The notes: generated from the sequence alone by a model not told the origin. A stretch of 64,000 bases of DNA from Octopus sinensis (GCF_006345805.1 NC_043004.1:50716001-50780000); one strand, 5' to 3'; positions 1 to 12,170 are shown, counted from the stretch's first letter. Program-made: numbers and translations.

Positions 1-130
1 TTTTTCGTTGTTATATTATTTGATTGTTACACTGTTTTTACACGATTTTTTCACAAACGGACAAAACCCTGTTTTGTCCCTTTATGTTTTCTAATCATAT
101 TTGTCAGCCCTTGTGGCCAAAAAAAAGAAT

Positions 131-132
131 TA

Positions 133-189
<57 letters not shown>

Positions 190-486
190 GTGGTTGTTGA
201 TGCTGTTGTTTACGTACTCTTTTTACATTAGTAGAACTGGTGTCCCCATCTTGATCGTTGCGGCCGTTGTACGGTGGGAAGTGTACAGAATAAATTCCTC
301 ATACCCAAAATATAGAATTGTGTTGTTGTTATTGTTGTTAATAATAATAATAATAATAATAAATAATAATAATAATAATATAATAATAATAATAATAATA
401 TAATAATAATAATAATAATAATAAATAATAATAATATAATATAATAATAATAATAATAATAATATAATAATAATAATAATAATAAT

Positions 487-517
<31 letters not shown>

Positions 518-547
518 CAATAATAATAATAATAATAACAATAATAA
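131..547. repeat. (ATT)n and (AAT)n microsatellites in opposite orientation
   Basis: ATT run 131-188 and AAT run 339-547 seen directly. Confidence 0.95.
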
Positions 548-548
548 A

Positions 549-640
549 GATTTCAAATTTTTGCCACAAGGGCATCTTGAGGGAGGGGATTAAGTTGATT
601 ACATCGACCCCAGTGCGTAACTGGTACTTAATTTATCGAC
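549..640 (-). mobile_element. tRNA-derived SINE family A, 3' fragment
   Basis: Matches other copies (ttaagtcgattacatcgaccccagtgcgtaactggtacttaatttatcgac); truncated at 640. Confidence 0.8.
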
Positions 641-1212
641 TGTGCAGTGGGAACTCTCTCAAATAGCGTATTTTTAATCATTTGTCCTTCAGAGTCCCGG
701 AAAGGCGATACGTGGCATCGCTGGCCAGCCATATCTAGCAATTACGAGACGAAGAGATTCCATACTCGATATCATGGAACATACTCGAGAAACCAGGCCC
801 TTGTATAAACATGGCGAAATGGTTCAAGTTATGCATTGCCGTACGCACGAGGTTTCTTAAAGACTCGCTCGTGCCAGGAGACATCTTGAACACCTGGACG
901 GAGATTTTTGGACCATGCTTGCATTTTAGAAAATTGCAGCTAAAAATTGATAGCCAAAAACGAAGGGAAACAATCGTTTACCTTCGCGGCCCTTTGGTGA
1001 CCGCAAGATGGTAGAGCAGGCGGAGATCGATGGACAATGGCAAAAGGAGATAATCACCTAGGGTCTTATCCTTAAAAACGAGGCTTTTCCCCTCCATATT
1101 TTAAAGAGGTCTCAGACCAGCAGTGTTTGGGGCGTGAAGGTACGCCGTAGGGCTAAACCCCTTATGAGCGAGAAACCCAGGGTAAGCCCATAAACCGACC
1201 TACCTCACTACA
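641..1212. mobile_element. Possible solo LTR
   Basis: ~570-bp GC-balanced block with TGT...ACA termini that abruptly truncates the SINE; no TSD found. Confidence 0.3.
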
Positions 1213-1769
1213 ATATATATATATATAATGTCTAAAAGTTCATGAACCATCTATTGATCCCCTCCATTTTCTTATTGCTATATATATATATATATATATA
1301 TATATTAAGGTATGTAGAAAAATACAACATGGACAAGAACGTATAACTCATAGAAGACGATACAATAACATGGACAGGACATTCGAACCCCTCAGTCTTC
1401 AGTCAAGAACCGGATCATCGTAGTAATTTCGGCTGATTAATCTTGAGATTACTAGATCACGGCCAGCCTCAAGAAAACTAAGCTGGAAATATATATATAT
1501 ATATAATATATATATATATATATAATATATATATATATGATTCATAATTAAGGTGCAGAAATGGCCTATTCCGAATGAACAAGGTAATGTAATCCGATGG
1601 TTGAAAGAATTCCGCAAATTAGGTACTCCAAAGTCAGCCCGGCAGTTCGTGTGAGCGTGTGATAAATCGTAAATTCCCCCCACCCCACCCCAAAAAACGA
1701 AGAACAAACAACAACTCGAGGATGTGATACAAGCAAAGTATTAGCAGACGCTCATGGAAGGAAAGAAAT

Positions 1770-1810
1770 CTGGTTTTACGTTTCGTGCAAAGCTCTTCGT
1801 CAGAAACAGG
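1770..1810 (-). ncRNA. Minimal type I hammerhead ribozyme motif (mirror copy)
   Basis: Reverse complement reads cctgttt-CTGACGA-AGAGCtttGCAC-GAAA-CG-TA-aaacca; one stem II mismatch. Confidence 0.55.
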
Positions 1811-1901
1811 AAACGGAGGAAAGTCCAGGAGAAAAGGAAGACGGAGGAAAAAAATCGTGAACGGTCCTCGTGGATCGTTCGTGATTTTTTTCCCTCGGTC
1901 T

Positions 1902-1942
1902 CCTGTTTCTGACGAAGAGCTTTGCTCGAAACGTAAAACCAG
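1902..1942 (+). ncRNA. Minimal type I hammerhead ribozyme motif
   Basis: gttt-CTGACGA-A-GAGC-ttt-GCTC-GAAA-CG-TA-aaac: intact core, extra A after A9, 4-bp stem II, palindromic ACGT in place of stem III, stem I gttt/aaac. Confidence 0.65.
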
Positions 1943-3051
1943 CTTTCTTTCCTTCCCTGAGCGTCTGCTAATACTTTGCATGTACCACGTCCTCGTGTTG
2001 TTGTTTTTCTTGTTGCGCTTGTTCTTAGGTTTTTATTACTATATATGCATGTGTGTGTGTGTATCAAAAGGATGTGTTATAATACAATTCCACAGCCATA
2101 CCAACAATTCAACATACCTCCATCATCAGCTGTCCCACGGATATCATTATGGTTTTGACACCTTAGCAGTACCATTCAATCCGTTTGTGTCAACAGCACT
2201 AAAATAACTGTTGTTTGGGAACAAACCAAAGAAACCACAACTTTCAAACATATTTACCCAATGTACAACTGTATCAATAAATAAATTCAATAAGTAAATT
2301 ACAACCACTCCTAAATACGTAACTAAACAGAGACAACTCTATTAAGTCATAAAACATTATAATCCCTACCGTCTTCCGTAGTGTAATATAAATGTAAAGC
2401 TTTATAACCACATTATTTTAATCAATCAATATATAGGCAGGATTAATCATTATACTAAACCTACAGCAAGAGACATTTAAACCAATGTACATTGTATCGG
2501 TATTAATAGTAAACTGCAATAACTAAATTATAGGCTAAATTGCGATCCATCGTGAGCTCCATATAGATAATAATCCCACCGGTCTTCCATAGATACTACT
2601 GTAATGACACTTCAGACCTTATAGAATGATTTCCGAAACAAAACACTACAGAAATTATTCTAATATTTTTATGAGTGAAATACATTATTTCCTCATTCAA
2701 GAGTTAATAATAAAACACTACATACTCATGAATACAAGTTATAATATTAAATTACCAGTGACTAATATACACTTACATTTCATTAAATAGGAACTAATAA
2801 AAGTATTTGTAATACACTGATATTATAAACCTTGCTATGTTTAAAGTTAATTAAACTGTTTAAAAGACAATAAGGAAAGACTTCCGCCTGTCCTCCTCCC
2901 ATTTTCTCCCAAATTTGTTTATTTAAAAAATTCTTTTGACAAAAATCCCCCTTTTTGGATACGGAGGTTCCGGAAAATTGCCAAAAGTCGGCATTTTGAA
3001 ATTTCTCCCCTTTCCTTCCCCCACCCCTACTTCAATTTTGACTTTTTCCTC

Positions 3052-3231
3052 AACACTAATCCTAAAACACTAACCCTAAAACCCTAACCCTAAAACACTA
3101 AAACCCTAACCCTAACCCTAAAACGGTAACCCTAATCCTAAAACCCTAACTCTAATCCTAACCCTAACCCTAAAACACTAACCCTAATCCTAACCCTAAT
3201 CCTAACCCTAACCCTAAGACCGTAACCGTAA
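3052..3231 (-). repeat. Degenerate interstitial telomere-like (TTAGGG)n array
   Basis: About 180 bp of CCCTAA / CCCTAAAA / TCCTAA variants. Confidence 0.9.
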
Positions 3232-3356
3232 GCAGAGAAATGTTTTGAAATTTTTGTCCGAATCATAATGTCCGTATTTTTCCGTATATTTAGAAAAAAA
3301 GTTCTTTAAAAAAATTTTGCAAAATGTATGTATGTATGTATGTATGTATGTGCATG

Positions 3357-4330
3357 AGTGTCTCTGTGTTTGTCCCCATCCCCATCACCGCTTGACAACT
3401 GGTGTTGATGCGCTTACGTCCCCATAACCTAGCGGTTCGGCAAAACAGAGCGATGAATAAATTCTAGGCTTACGAAATAAGTCCTGAGTATCGAGATGGG
3501 GATCTTTGTGGTTTTCGTCACTGTTTACAATTACCTTTAAAAAAATTTTTATTGATGTAATTTTTGAGGCTGAATCCGAATTTGTTATTCATTTATTCCA
3601 GAAAAATCTTTCAAAAATATTACAGGTGTTCAAAATTTGATATTTTTCAGAATTTTCAACCAATCAAAAAATAGCGCGTTCGCTGCCTCTTCTATAATCA
3701 AGGGTGGGAGCATCGGCATGTCAAAACATGGTTACTTCCCTTGTACATACATATACTCACGGAGAGTTGAAACGCTGGGGTTTTTTTTTCAGCGTTGAAT
3801 GTTCCTCATCCCACTTTCATTGCACACACACAACACACACACACACGCACACATTTATATACCTCCCTTTTACATACACACACATATACTCACACGCAGT
3901 TGAAACGCTCCCACTACCAGTTTGCCATTACCCCTTCCTTTCTCATTCATATGTTGTGACGGAGAAAAACACGAGTATTATTTATAGTAAGATTATCTTT
4001 CTCGTATCTCCTTCTCCTCCTTGTCAGCATGCGCAGCATCTTTGGTCACAATGGAAACAGATCTTTTTGCCAGCGTGATGAGTAAAATACTCGTTTATGA
4101 TCGGCTAAAATACTCAAACTTTGCAAATTTTAATGGCTAATAATTTTTCAATTATAGATTTATAAGAATAATAAATTTCATTTTCATAATTAGTATACAA
4201 CACTTAACCTATATACCAAACTTGAAAACAATTGGAAGAAAATTGTAAACAGTGACGAAAACCACAAAGATCCGAGACGGTGCTCCAGTATGGCCGCAGT
4301 CAAATGACTGAAACAAGTAAAAGAATAAAG
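3357..4330 (+). mobile_element. SINE family B 3' half, split by a MITE
   Basis: gtgtttgtcccc...aataagtcctg before the MITE and ggtgctccagtatggccgcagtcaaatgactgaaacaagtaaaag after it. Confidence 0.8.
3500..4273. mobile_element. GGATC-terminated non-autonomous DNA transposon (Merlin-like MITE)
   Basis: Perfect 33-bp TIR ggatctttgtggttttcgtcactgtttacaatt / aattgtaaacagtgacgaaaaccacaaagatcc; flanks (c)gagatgg / (c)gagacgg form an imperfect 7-8 bp TSD. Confidence 0.85.
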
Positions 4331-4554
4331 GAATGATTGAATATTAAAACAGGATGATATAAACCTCTGCGGAAGAAGTTTTTATATAGTGTTTCGTGTT
4401 CCGTGTATTTTGTGTGTAAGTAAATAGGAAGCTGCTTGTTTGTTGGTTTGTTTGTTTCTTTCTTTCTTTTCGTTTTTCTTTTCTTCTTTCTTTCTTCCTT
4501 TCTTTCTTTCTTTCTTTCTTTATTTCTTTCTAGCTTTCTTTTTTTTCTTTTATA

Positions 4555-5340
4555 TCTATATACATAAATGTGTAATGGTGTCTGTCTGTGTGTGTGTTTG
4601 GGGTTACTCAAACTCCTCCCACACCATCCAACCGATTTTAATGATTTTTGGCATATAGGTAGATCACATGCCCTGAAGTTCAAATAAGGCCGAAATTTTT
4701 CGAAAACTCGATAATACTCAGTTGGCATCGATTTTTGTGAGTTCAATCGGGTGTTTGAATGGAAATTCCCATAACGATATTATTTTTCCGCCATCTTTTG
4801 CGTTTTTTGTCCGATTTTGATGAAAATCGATGAGTGAGCGAGGCTCATGGCAGTGAGTTAGTGTCATTATATGGCGTTGACAAAAAAAATCGATAATTGC
4901 GCCTGAGCAGTGGTTTTATAAAGTCAATAGGGTTTTTGCGTACAAATACCTAAAGGGATTTTATTTTTGGCCGTAACTTTAATATTTTTCATCCGTGGGT
5001 ATAGAGTTTGAATAGTGTATTCACATTCGGCTCTGTAAATTTTGGAAGTGTTTGTTGGATATCTGCTACATGATGACGATCGATTGTGTGCATATTCAGT
5101 CATAGCAGTTTTAAATTTAATAAAAATTGGAAATATTATACTGAAGAGAGAAGTAAGTAAAATTTAAATTACTTTAATCTCGAAACGCGTATATAATTAA
5201 TCCTGGTCCTGTTGATTCATTGTTTTTCTCTTTGCCTACATAAAAAAGTATGTTTACCGTCATGGAGATTGTTATAGTAGCAGAAAAGGAATTTTTAACT
5301 CCTATTTCTAATTTCGGTATGTGGTGAAGCAGTTATCTGA
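4555..5340 (+). mobile_element. Helitron-like non-autonomous element (5' part; end uncertain)
   Basis: A|TCTATATACATAAA start followed by tgtctgtctgtgtg, the same 5' architecture as other Helitrons here; no 3' hairpin-CTAG located. Confidence 0.4.
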
Positions 5341-5350
5341 ACCCTAACTA

Positions 5351-5450
<100 letters not shown>

Positions 5451-5591
5451 TATATATGCATGTATGTATGTATGTATATATACATACACGCATACACACA
5501 CACATATGTATATGAGACTATATCAATTGTGTTTTTGTGCATGTATGCATGTATATTTGTGTAACGCATATACACACACACACTAGCTTTA

Positions 5592-6042
5592 ATCAATAAG
5601 TATCCGGACTGGTGATATTAAAAACAAGACTACAACACTTACCAATTTGGCATTTAATCTCCTTCAAAGTAGTTCCCCGCGGAAGCCACACACTTAATCC
5701 AGCACCGTTTCCATTGATGGAAGCATTCCTGGAACTCGTTTCCTGGGATAATCACTGCTACCTCGTCGCAATCGCTTTCTCGACGTCCCGAAATCTTCCT
5801 TTCAAGCGGGATTTGATTTTTGGAATGAAGAAAACATCGCAAGGGGCGAGATCTGGGGAATACGGTGACTGTTGGACCTAGGGAATGCAATGCCTAGTCA
5901 AAAACTGCTGCGCTGAAGGGGCAGGTATGTTGTCATGATGCAACTGCCACTCACTGGACGCATGCAATTGTGGTCTTTCCCGACGAATAGCATCGCGCAA
6001 ACGCCGCAAAATGTCACGGTCGTACTCCGGATACTTATTGAT
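5592..6042 (-). mobile_element. mariner internal-deletion derivative
   Basis: Minus-strand peptides ILRRLRDAIRRERP..WQLHHDN and FQECFHQWKRCWIKCVASAGNYFEGD (mariner C-terminus); inverted termini atcaataagtatccgga / tccggatacttattgat. Confidence 0.85.
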
Positions 6043-6050
6043 CAGAATAA

Positions 6051-6446
6051 TTATATATATAAAAGAGAAGTTGTGTGTCTGTCTCCTACGATTTAGATTC
6101 CTAACTACTCCCACATTTTGCGGTGCAGTTTAACCAAAACCGGGTATCTTATAGTCGTGATTTATATCGAGCCCTTCTGGGTATTAGCGCGCGTCTACGA
6201 TGAGTCTACGATTTAAAAAAAAATTTACCATAATTTTTTTCCATTTTAATGCATTTTTTCGCTATTATATAAGGGGAAGTAACTCTCTAAAAATGTCTAC
6301 GATGAGTCAACGATTTAAAAAAAAATTACCATCATTTGTTTTCCATTTTTAATGCATTTTTTGCTATTTTTTGGCTATAACTCTCTAAAAATGCTTATAT
6401 AGTTATTTCCCTTACAAACCCGAGCAACGCCGGGCGATACTGCTAG
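6051..6446 (+). mobile_element. Non-autonomous Helitron
   Basis: 3' hairpin cccgagcaacgccggg then CTAG|T; near-identical copy at 30543-30931 on the other strand. Confidence 0.85.
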
Positions 6447-6476
6447 TTATATATATATATATATACAGTTAGAATT

Positions 6477-6645
6477 TACAGAAAACGAAAGAGGAAGACA
6501 GGTGAAGGAACAACAAGCAGGTGCATTAGTTTAACGCTCAGGAAGAATGGAAAAGTCTTTGACGTTTCGAGCCTTCGCTCTTCGACAGAAAGGATTGACA
6601 AGGAGAAAAAGAGAGAACGAAACAAAATGTGTAGGGTTTAACAGT
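6477..6645 (-). repeat. Penelope-like terminal fragment with variant hammerhead (CTGTCGA core)
   Basis: Reverse complement cttt-CTGTCGA-AGAGCgaagGCTC-GAAA-CG-TC-aaag at 6557-6592; related to the 1706-2007 repeat. Confidence 0.6.
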
Positions 6646-6664
6646 TCAATAATTGTGTGCGTGT

Positions 6665-7228
6665 GTATGTATGTATGTATGTATGTATGTATGTATGTAT
6701 GTATGTATGTATGTATGTAGGCATCCACCGCGTTACGTTTACCTCAGGTTACAGCATTTCGATCTTATGGAAACTCGTATTACATAATTTTAAATTGTTA
6801 ATTTAAAAATACCAGTTTCTTCTTAGCTCAGTATCCACTGCGTTTTAGTTAAGACCAAAGTATATAGTTAAAGATTTGAAAAACTATGATGGTACACACA
6901 TACCTGCATACCCATACACATATGTATATATAATGCATGTATGTATGTATGTATGCATGTATGTATGTATGCATGTATGTTTGTATGTATGTATGTATGC
7001 ATGCATGTATGTATGTATGCATGTATGTATGTATGTATGTTTGTATGTATGTATGTATGTATGTATTTATGTATGTATGTATGTATGTAAGTATGTTTGT
7101 ATGCATGTATGTATGCATGCATGTATGTATGTATGTATGTATGTATGTATGTATGTATGTATGTATGTATGTATGTATGTATGTATGTATGTATGTATGT
7201 ATGCATGCATGTATGTATGTATGTATGT
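6665..7228. repeat. (TATG)n microsatellites
   Basis: Runs at 6665-6719 and 6933-7228. Confidence 0.95.
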
Positions 7229-7789
7229 GTTTGTGTGTTGCTATCGTCAATACGAACACAACCACCAACAGCAACAGTAATATGTAATATGAAGTCGAAA
7301 AAGCAAATCCATTTCAATAAAAACAAATAATGCGCTGTCCGAGTGTATTTTAAGAGTTGAATGAAATGTATTTGATCTTAGGTCTATGAGTATTGAATTG
7401 AGATTGAACAGCCACAACAATACAATTAGCAAAAACAACATAACCACCACACCACCAACAATACGCACCATCACAAACATCTAAACCAATACAACCCACA
7501 TCATCGCTACTATCGACCACCAACTTTTGAATCCAACTGGGTAAACATGTCAGCATGTACACCAACGCGCGCGCCTGTGTGTGTATGCATGAGCGTTCGC
7601 GTTTCAGCATGTGTGTGCGCGCGCCATTATTTTTATTGGTACTCTTCTATCCGCTAATTGTACTTTCTGTCCCTGAGCCCTCCACCTTTTCTTCTCATTT
7701 TCATTATTGTATGAATAGGAGGAACAAGGCAATTTTCCGCTCTCACAAAGCAAGTCTTTCCTGGGGGAACTGTTTTTGCTACATATTTG

Positions 7790-8136
7790 TCGCCTCCTTA
7801 TGAGAGCTCAAAATCTCTCGTGGAAGCGCCATCCAACCAAAATGCAAATAATGGGAAACTACCACCTGTGTCATCTCTTGTGAAAGGTAGGAGAGTCTAG
7901 TTTGCTGGACATTGTTGTAGAGCTGAAAAAGAGGTAATTTCTACTCTCCTCCTCTGGAAGCCATCTACTCGCAATGCCAGAGGGTGCACACTCTCCTACC
8001 CTGATGTAATCTCCAGGGATACAGGCATCCAGCAACAGGACCTCCGTAATGTCATGATGGACCGTGAAGTCTGGCGCAGCATGGTAAATTCCATTGTCTC
8101 GACCACGGTCGAACAATGATGAATGATGTTGATGAT
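7790..8136 (+). mobile_element. RTE-clade LINE 3' fragment
   Basis: Translates as LMRAQNLSWKRHPT..RRV*FAGHCCRAEKEVISTLLLWKP..MMDREVWRSMV followed by a (TGA)n-like tail. Confidence 0.8.
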
Positions 8137-8185
8137 GTTGTGGATAATTAATCGCTGCTGCTATTGGGTTTGCCTTCAATTTAAA

Positions 8186-9482
8186 ATGTCTGGAAAGACG
8201 CTATCAAGTAGATCTGAAGGCAGTTGTGAAAAGCAACCATAAAGAAATTACACTGGAATCAAACTTGACGTTTTAAAAACTCTTGATGCAGAAGTAAAAC
8301 TTTGTTATATTGCCAAAATATTAAATCTTGCAATGTCTTCAGTGAGAACAAATCGTAACAATAGGGCAAAAATTATGTTAAGTGCTCAAAAATCTATTCT
8401 GTAAACTGTCCCGATCTTATTTTCCCACAGATTTAAAGTGATGCTTAAAATGGAACGACTTTTGAGTGTATGGATCGAGGTTTAGAATCGGTGTAATGTG
8501 CCGATAAGCACGATGGTATTTCAAAAAGAGTCAAAAGTTTATACGACAATTTGCAGCAAAATGGTGAAACTTCTAATGAAAAAAAAACAACTTTTTTAGC
8601 TAGTAAAGGTTGGTTTGAAAGGCTTAAGAAGCACGTTAAGTTGCACAACATAAAAATGACTGGCGAAACTGCGAGCGCTGATACAAAGGCTGCTGCTAAT
8701 TGTTCTGGGTAGCCGAGGAAAATGATTGCTGGAAAGACGCTATCAAGTAGAGCAGATATACAATGGTGATGAGACTGCAATTTTCTGGAAGTGCATGCCT
8801 GCTAGAAATTATATTTCTCGAGAAGAAAAATCAACACCAGGATTTAAAGCTTCTAAAAATCGTCTGGCACTTTGAGAAAGAAATGCCGCTGGTGATTTGA
8901 AATTAAAACCCGTACACGCGAAACATTCCGAAAATCTAAGGGCTTTCAAAAGTTATACTAAGTTTAATCTACCTCCGATTTGGAATGAAGTGAGACCTTC
9001 AACTTTGAATAGTGCTTGGAAACGTATACGGCCAGACTGTATCCGTGGTATTGCAAGTTTTCCGCAAGCAGAAAATTTACTTCAAATTTGGAAAGGCATT
9101 GTGACACTTACAAAGGATGCAGGATTTGAAGAAGTTATAGAGAATGAGATGAGTGAGTTGCTAGTGTCCTAGAGAGAAAGTTTATCTTACGAGGAGCTGG
9201 TGCTGTGAGAAAAAAAAAACAGGTTGAAAATACAGATAAGACAACGGAAGTTCCACGTACCCCACTTAAATTGACTTGAAAAAAACTATTGTTAAAGGGT
9301 TGGCACTTACAGATGAAGGTCTGCAGGTTTTTGTTGATAATGACTCTAATCGTGACGGCCACATAAGAATTATAAGAGGAGTTTACAATGAGCTCAGTTC
9401 CGATACTGAGCTGTACAAAGAGATCATGCGTTATAATCAACAAACTTTGCATAAGATTTTCAACTCTCAAGACATAAGATAG
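8186..9482 (+). pseudogene. Tigger/pogo (CENP-B-like) transposase pseudogene; element may span ~6718-10618
   Basis: Frameshifted peptides MERLLSVWIE, FLASKGWFERLKK..LHNIKMTGETASAD, QIYNGDET, FWKCMP..YISREEKSTPGFKASKNRL, NAAGDLKLKP; weak TIR candidates at ~6718 and ~10618. Confidence 0.88.
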
Positions 9483-9643
9483 TAAATATCATCCCCCCTG
9501 CCTCCTCGTAATTCTCATTCCATCACCACACCTCACAAACTTGTCAACATCTTTTGTGCTAAGAACGTACTCTCACGATATTATGATTCTTATTAACTCC
9601 TTAACTTATTCCTCTTAGAATATTCTTGTGTCTTATGTATCTA

Positions 9644-10378
9644 CGGGATGGTATCAAAACATTTCCGGACTAGTTCTGTAGCGTGCCAACAGATGACAGC
9701 ACACGGTTGCAAGCACATTGAGAACCAGCAGGGACCTTCATGAGGCAGTGTGCCGAATGTCATCGTTGTGTTTATTTTGCAAGTTGTGAGATTTGTGTTT
9801 TTGTGACTAAGTGTATGCTGTAATCTGCGATGTTGCCATGGACAAGAACAAAAAGCCAACGTGAAATTATGCGTTAAATTTTGGAAGTCTACTACGGAGA
9901 CATCGAGCATGCTTCGGCAAGTCGAGTGTTCTACTGTGACGTTTTGAAGCGTTTGAAGGAGGCCATTCGGCGAAAGCGATTGGATCTGTGGTGCGCAAAG
10001 AATTGGATTCTTCACAACAACAATTCACCCTGTCACTGAGCCCTCCGAGCCCCCATCCCACCCCAAAAAACATGGTATCGCTTCCGCACCAGCCGTATTC
10101 GCCAGATTTAGCACCTAGGGACTTTCATCTCTTCCCCAAATGGACACGCAGCTCAAAGGTCGCCCCTTTTAACACCATTATCGAGATCCAGAGCGCAACG
10201 CAGAAGGTCTTCGACTCGCTTGTAGAAAACGGGCTGGATTCCAAAAGTGACAGGAACACTGGGACCAGTGTATTCCTGTGCGTCGTGACTATTTCGAAGG
10301 AGATGATGTTAAAACTTAGGTAAATAAGTTATTTTTCATTAAACGTAACTAGTTCGAGAACCTTTTGATACTACCTCG
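9644..10378 (+). mobile_element. mariner non-autonomous element
   Basis: TA TSDs; TIRs cgggatggtatcaaaacatttccggactagt / actagttcgagaaccttttgatactacctcg; PHQPYSPDLAPRDFHLFPK motif. Confidence 0.9.
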
Positions 10379-10619
10379 TATATTGTACTTTGTATGTTTA
10401 AGAAATAGTTATTTTCGTGTGTAAAGATGATCACGTTGTTTGTTCTGTTTTCTTGTGCTTCTTTTTTTTTTTTGTTCTCTTTGAAAATGTCCGTAGAAAC
10501 GCAATCTAGCTTGATTATATGAAAATCAATGAGAAAATTAATTTTGCATTTCGAAATTTCGCGTTACGGCCAGATTTTCAGGAACGTATTAACTTCCGCA
10601 AAGCAAGGGATTCCTCTGA

Positions 10620-10718
10620 GTGTGTGTGTGTGTGTGTGTGTGGTGTGTGTGTGTGTGGTGTGTGTGTGTGTGTGTGTACGTACATACAAGTATAAATATA
10701 TGTATGTATGCAAGCATG

Positions 10719-10768
<50 letters not shown>

Positions 10769-10801
10769 CGGATAGGCACATAGACAGAAAGACAGACAGA
10801 C

Positions 10802-10874
<73 letters not shown>

Positions 10875-10875
10875 C
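10620..10875. repeat. (GT)n, (GATA)n, (GA)n compound microsatellite
   Basis: Seen directly. Confidence 0.95.
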
Positions 10876-10959
10876 ATGCCATAAAATAGGCACATGCGAA
10901 CTTGAATTATACGAGTTACAAATCAGAGAGCTGTACGCTGATCAACAGCAGTTTAAAGG

Positions 10960-12170
10960 TGAGAGAGAAAAAAGAGAGGGAAAGAAAAGAAGATTAACTG
11001 AAGTGTTAGAATGAGTGAAGGGAAAATGAAAGGGAGGATTGGAAGTGTATGAGAGAGAGAGAGAGAGAGAGAGAGAGCAATATACGTATGTTAAAGAGTT
11101 CCAGTAAGAGTGTGTGTGTGACGGGCAGAAGGTAGCTTGAGAGAAAGGATATGAAAGTTAGAGAGAGGGAAACAGAAATAGCAGACGGTAGTTTGATAGT
11201 GATAGAATTAGAGAAGAAATAGAAGATATTTTGTAGGAGATATATAGTTAATGAGAGACCTTGATGGTTGATGGTATTTTAAGTGATGTATTGCAAATAG
11301 TGAGATAGTGAGACAGTATGATAGTAACAGGGATAGATAGGTAGAGAGAGAGAGTGAGTGAGATAGTAAAGCTTGTAGACGATAGTTTAGGAGAGAGAGG
11401 AAGAGGGATGAGGTGAAGTGAGAGAATAAAGCTAATGAGAGATAGGGGGAATTAGAGAGTAAGGCTAGCAGACGATAGTTTAGGGAGGGAGAGAGAGCGT
11501 GAGTGAGTGAGAGAGAGAATGAGAGAAAGTGAGAGTAAAGCTTGTAGATGATTGTTTGAGAGATTAAGGGATACAAAGAAGGAAAGTGAGAGAATGAAGC
11601 TTGTAAACGATAATTTGAGAAAGCGAGAGAGTAAAGCTTGTTGGCGATAGTTTGAGTGAGAGAAAGAAAATGAGTGAGAGAGATGGAACTAGAAAGTAAG
11701 AGAGAAATGGGGGCGCTTGAATGTCTAAATGTCATAGAAAATGATGATAGAATAAGAAAAGGAAGAGAGAATAGCAAGAAAAGAAAGAGAGACTGGGAGG
11801 GGAAATGGTGAGAGGAAGGCCAAATGTGTATGAGAGAGAGGGGTGAGAGAACAATAAAAGAGAGGAACGGTTAGAGCAGTAGTGGGAGGCAAAAGGACAG
11901 GGAGTGATATCATGAGAGAGAATGTTAGAGAGTGTAGAAGGTGGAGTAAAAGATATAGAGGAAAAGAGAGAGAGAGTGAGGAGGACAGATAGAGTAAGAG
12001 AGGAGGCGATATGAGAGGGAGAGAATAGAAAGAAAAAGGAAGAGGAATAAGCTGACAATGAGAAAAGAGAGAGAGAGAAAAAATGAAAGAAAGAAAGTTG
12101 AAAAGAGAGATATCAAGAATTAAAAGATAGCGATAGCAAAAGAAGAATGAGAGAAAGAAAGTGAAAGAGT
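10960..12170. repeat. Purine-rich low-complexity tract with an embedded ~26-nt recurring motif
   Basis: GA-rich 1.2 kb; variants of gtaaagcttgtagacgatagttt near 11366, 11459, 11535, 11596, 11631. Confidence 0.8.

Larger units (their letters stand above)
1706..2007. repeat. Inverted repeat of a Penelope-like terminal sequence carrying two hammerhead motifs
   Basis: 1706-1867 is the imperfect reverse complement of 1872-2007 (e.g. gcaaagtattagcagacgctca / tgagcgtctgctaatactttgc). The Penelope assignment is inferred from the hammerhead motif and inverted arrangement. Confidence 0.75.

Noticed and set aside
188-575. ORFs of poly-I/L/Y/N and the many YIYI/CVCV/MYVC ORFs across the window
   Set aside because: They are translations of stop-free microsatellites, not genes.
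1370-1410. Minus-strand CTGAAGA...CGAAT hammerhead-like string
   Set aside because: GAAA is absent and stem II does not pair convincingly; probably a repeat terminus, but not callable as a ribozyme.
11365-11660. CRISPR-like repeat-spacer appearance (also 50428-50988 and 59363-59645)
   Set aside because: Eukaryotic context, degenerate repeats, low-complexity or homologous spacers, and no cas genes.
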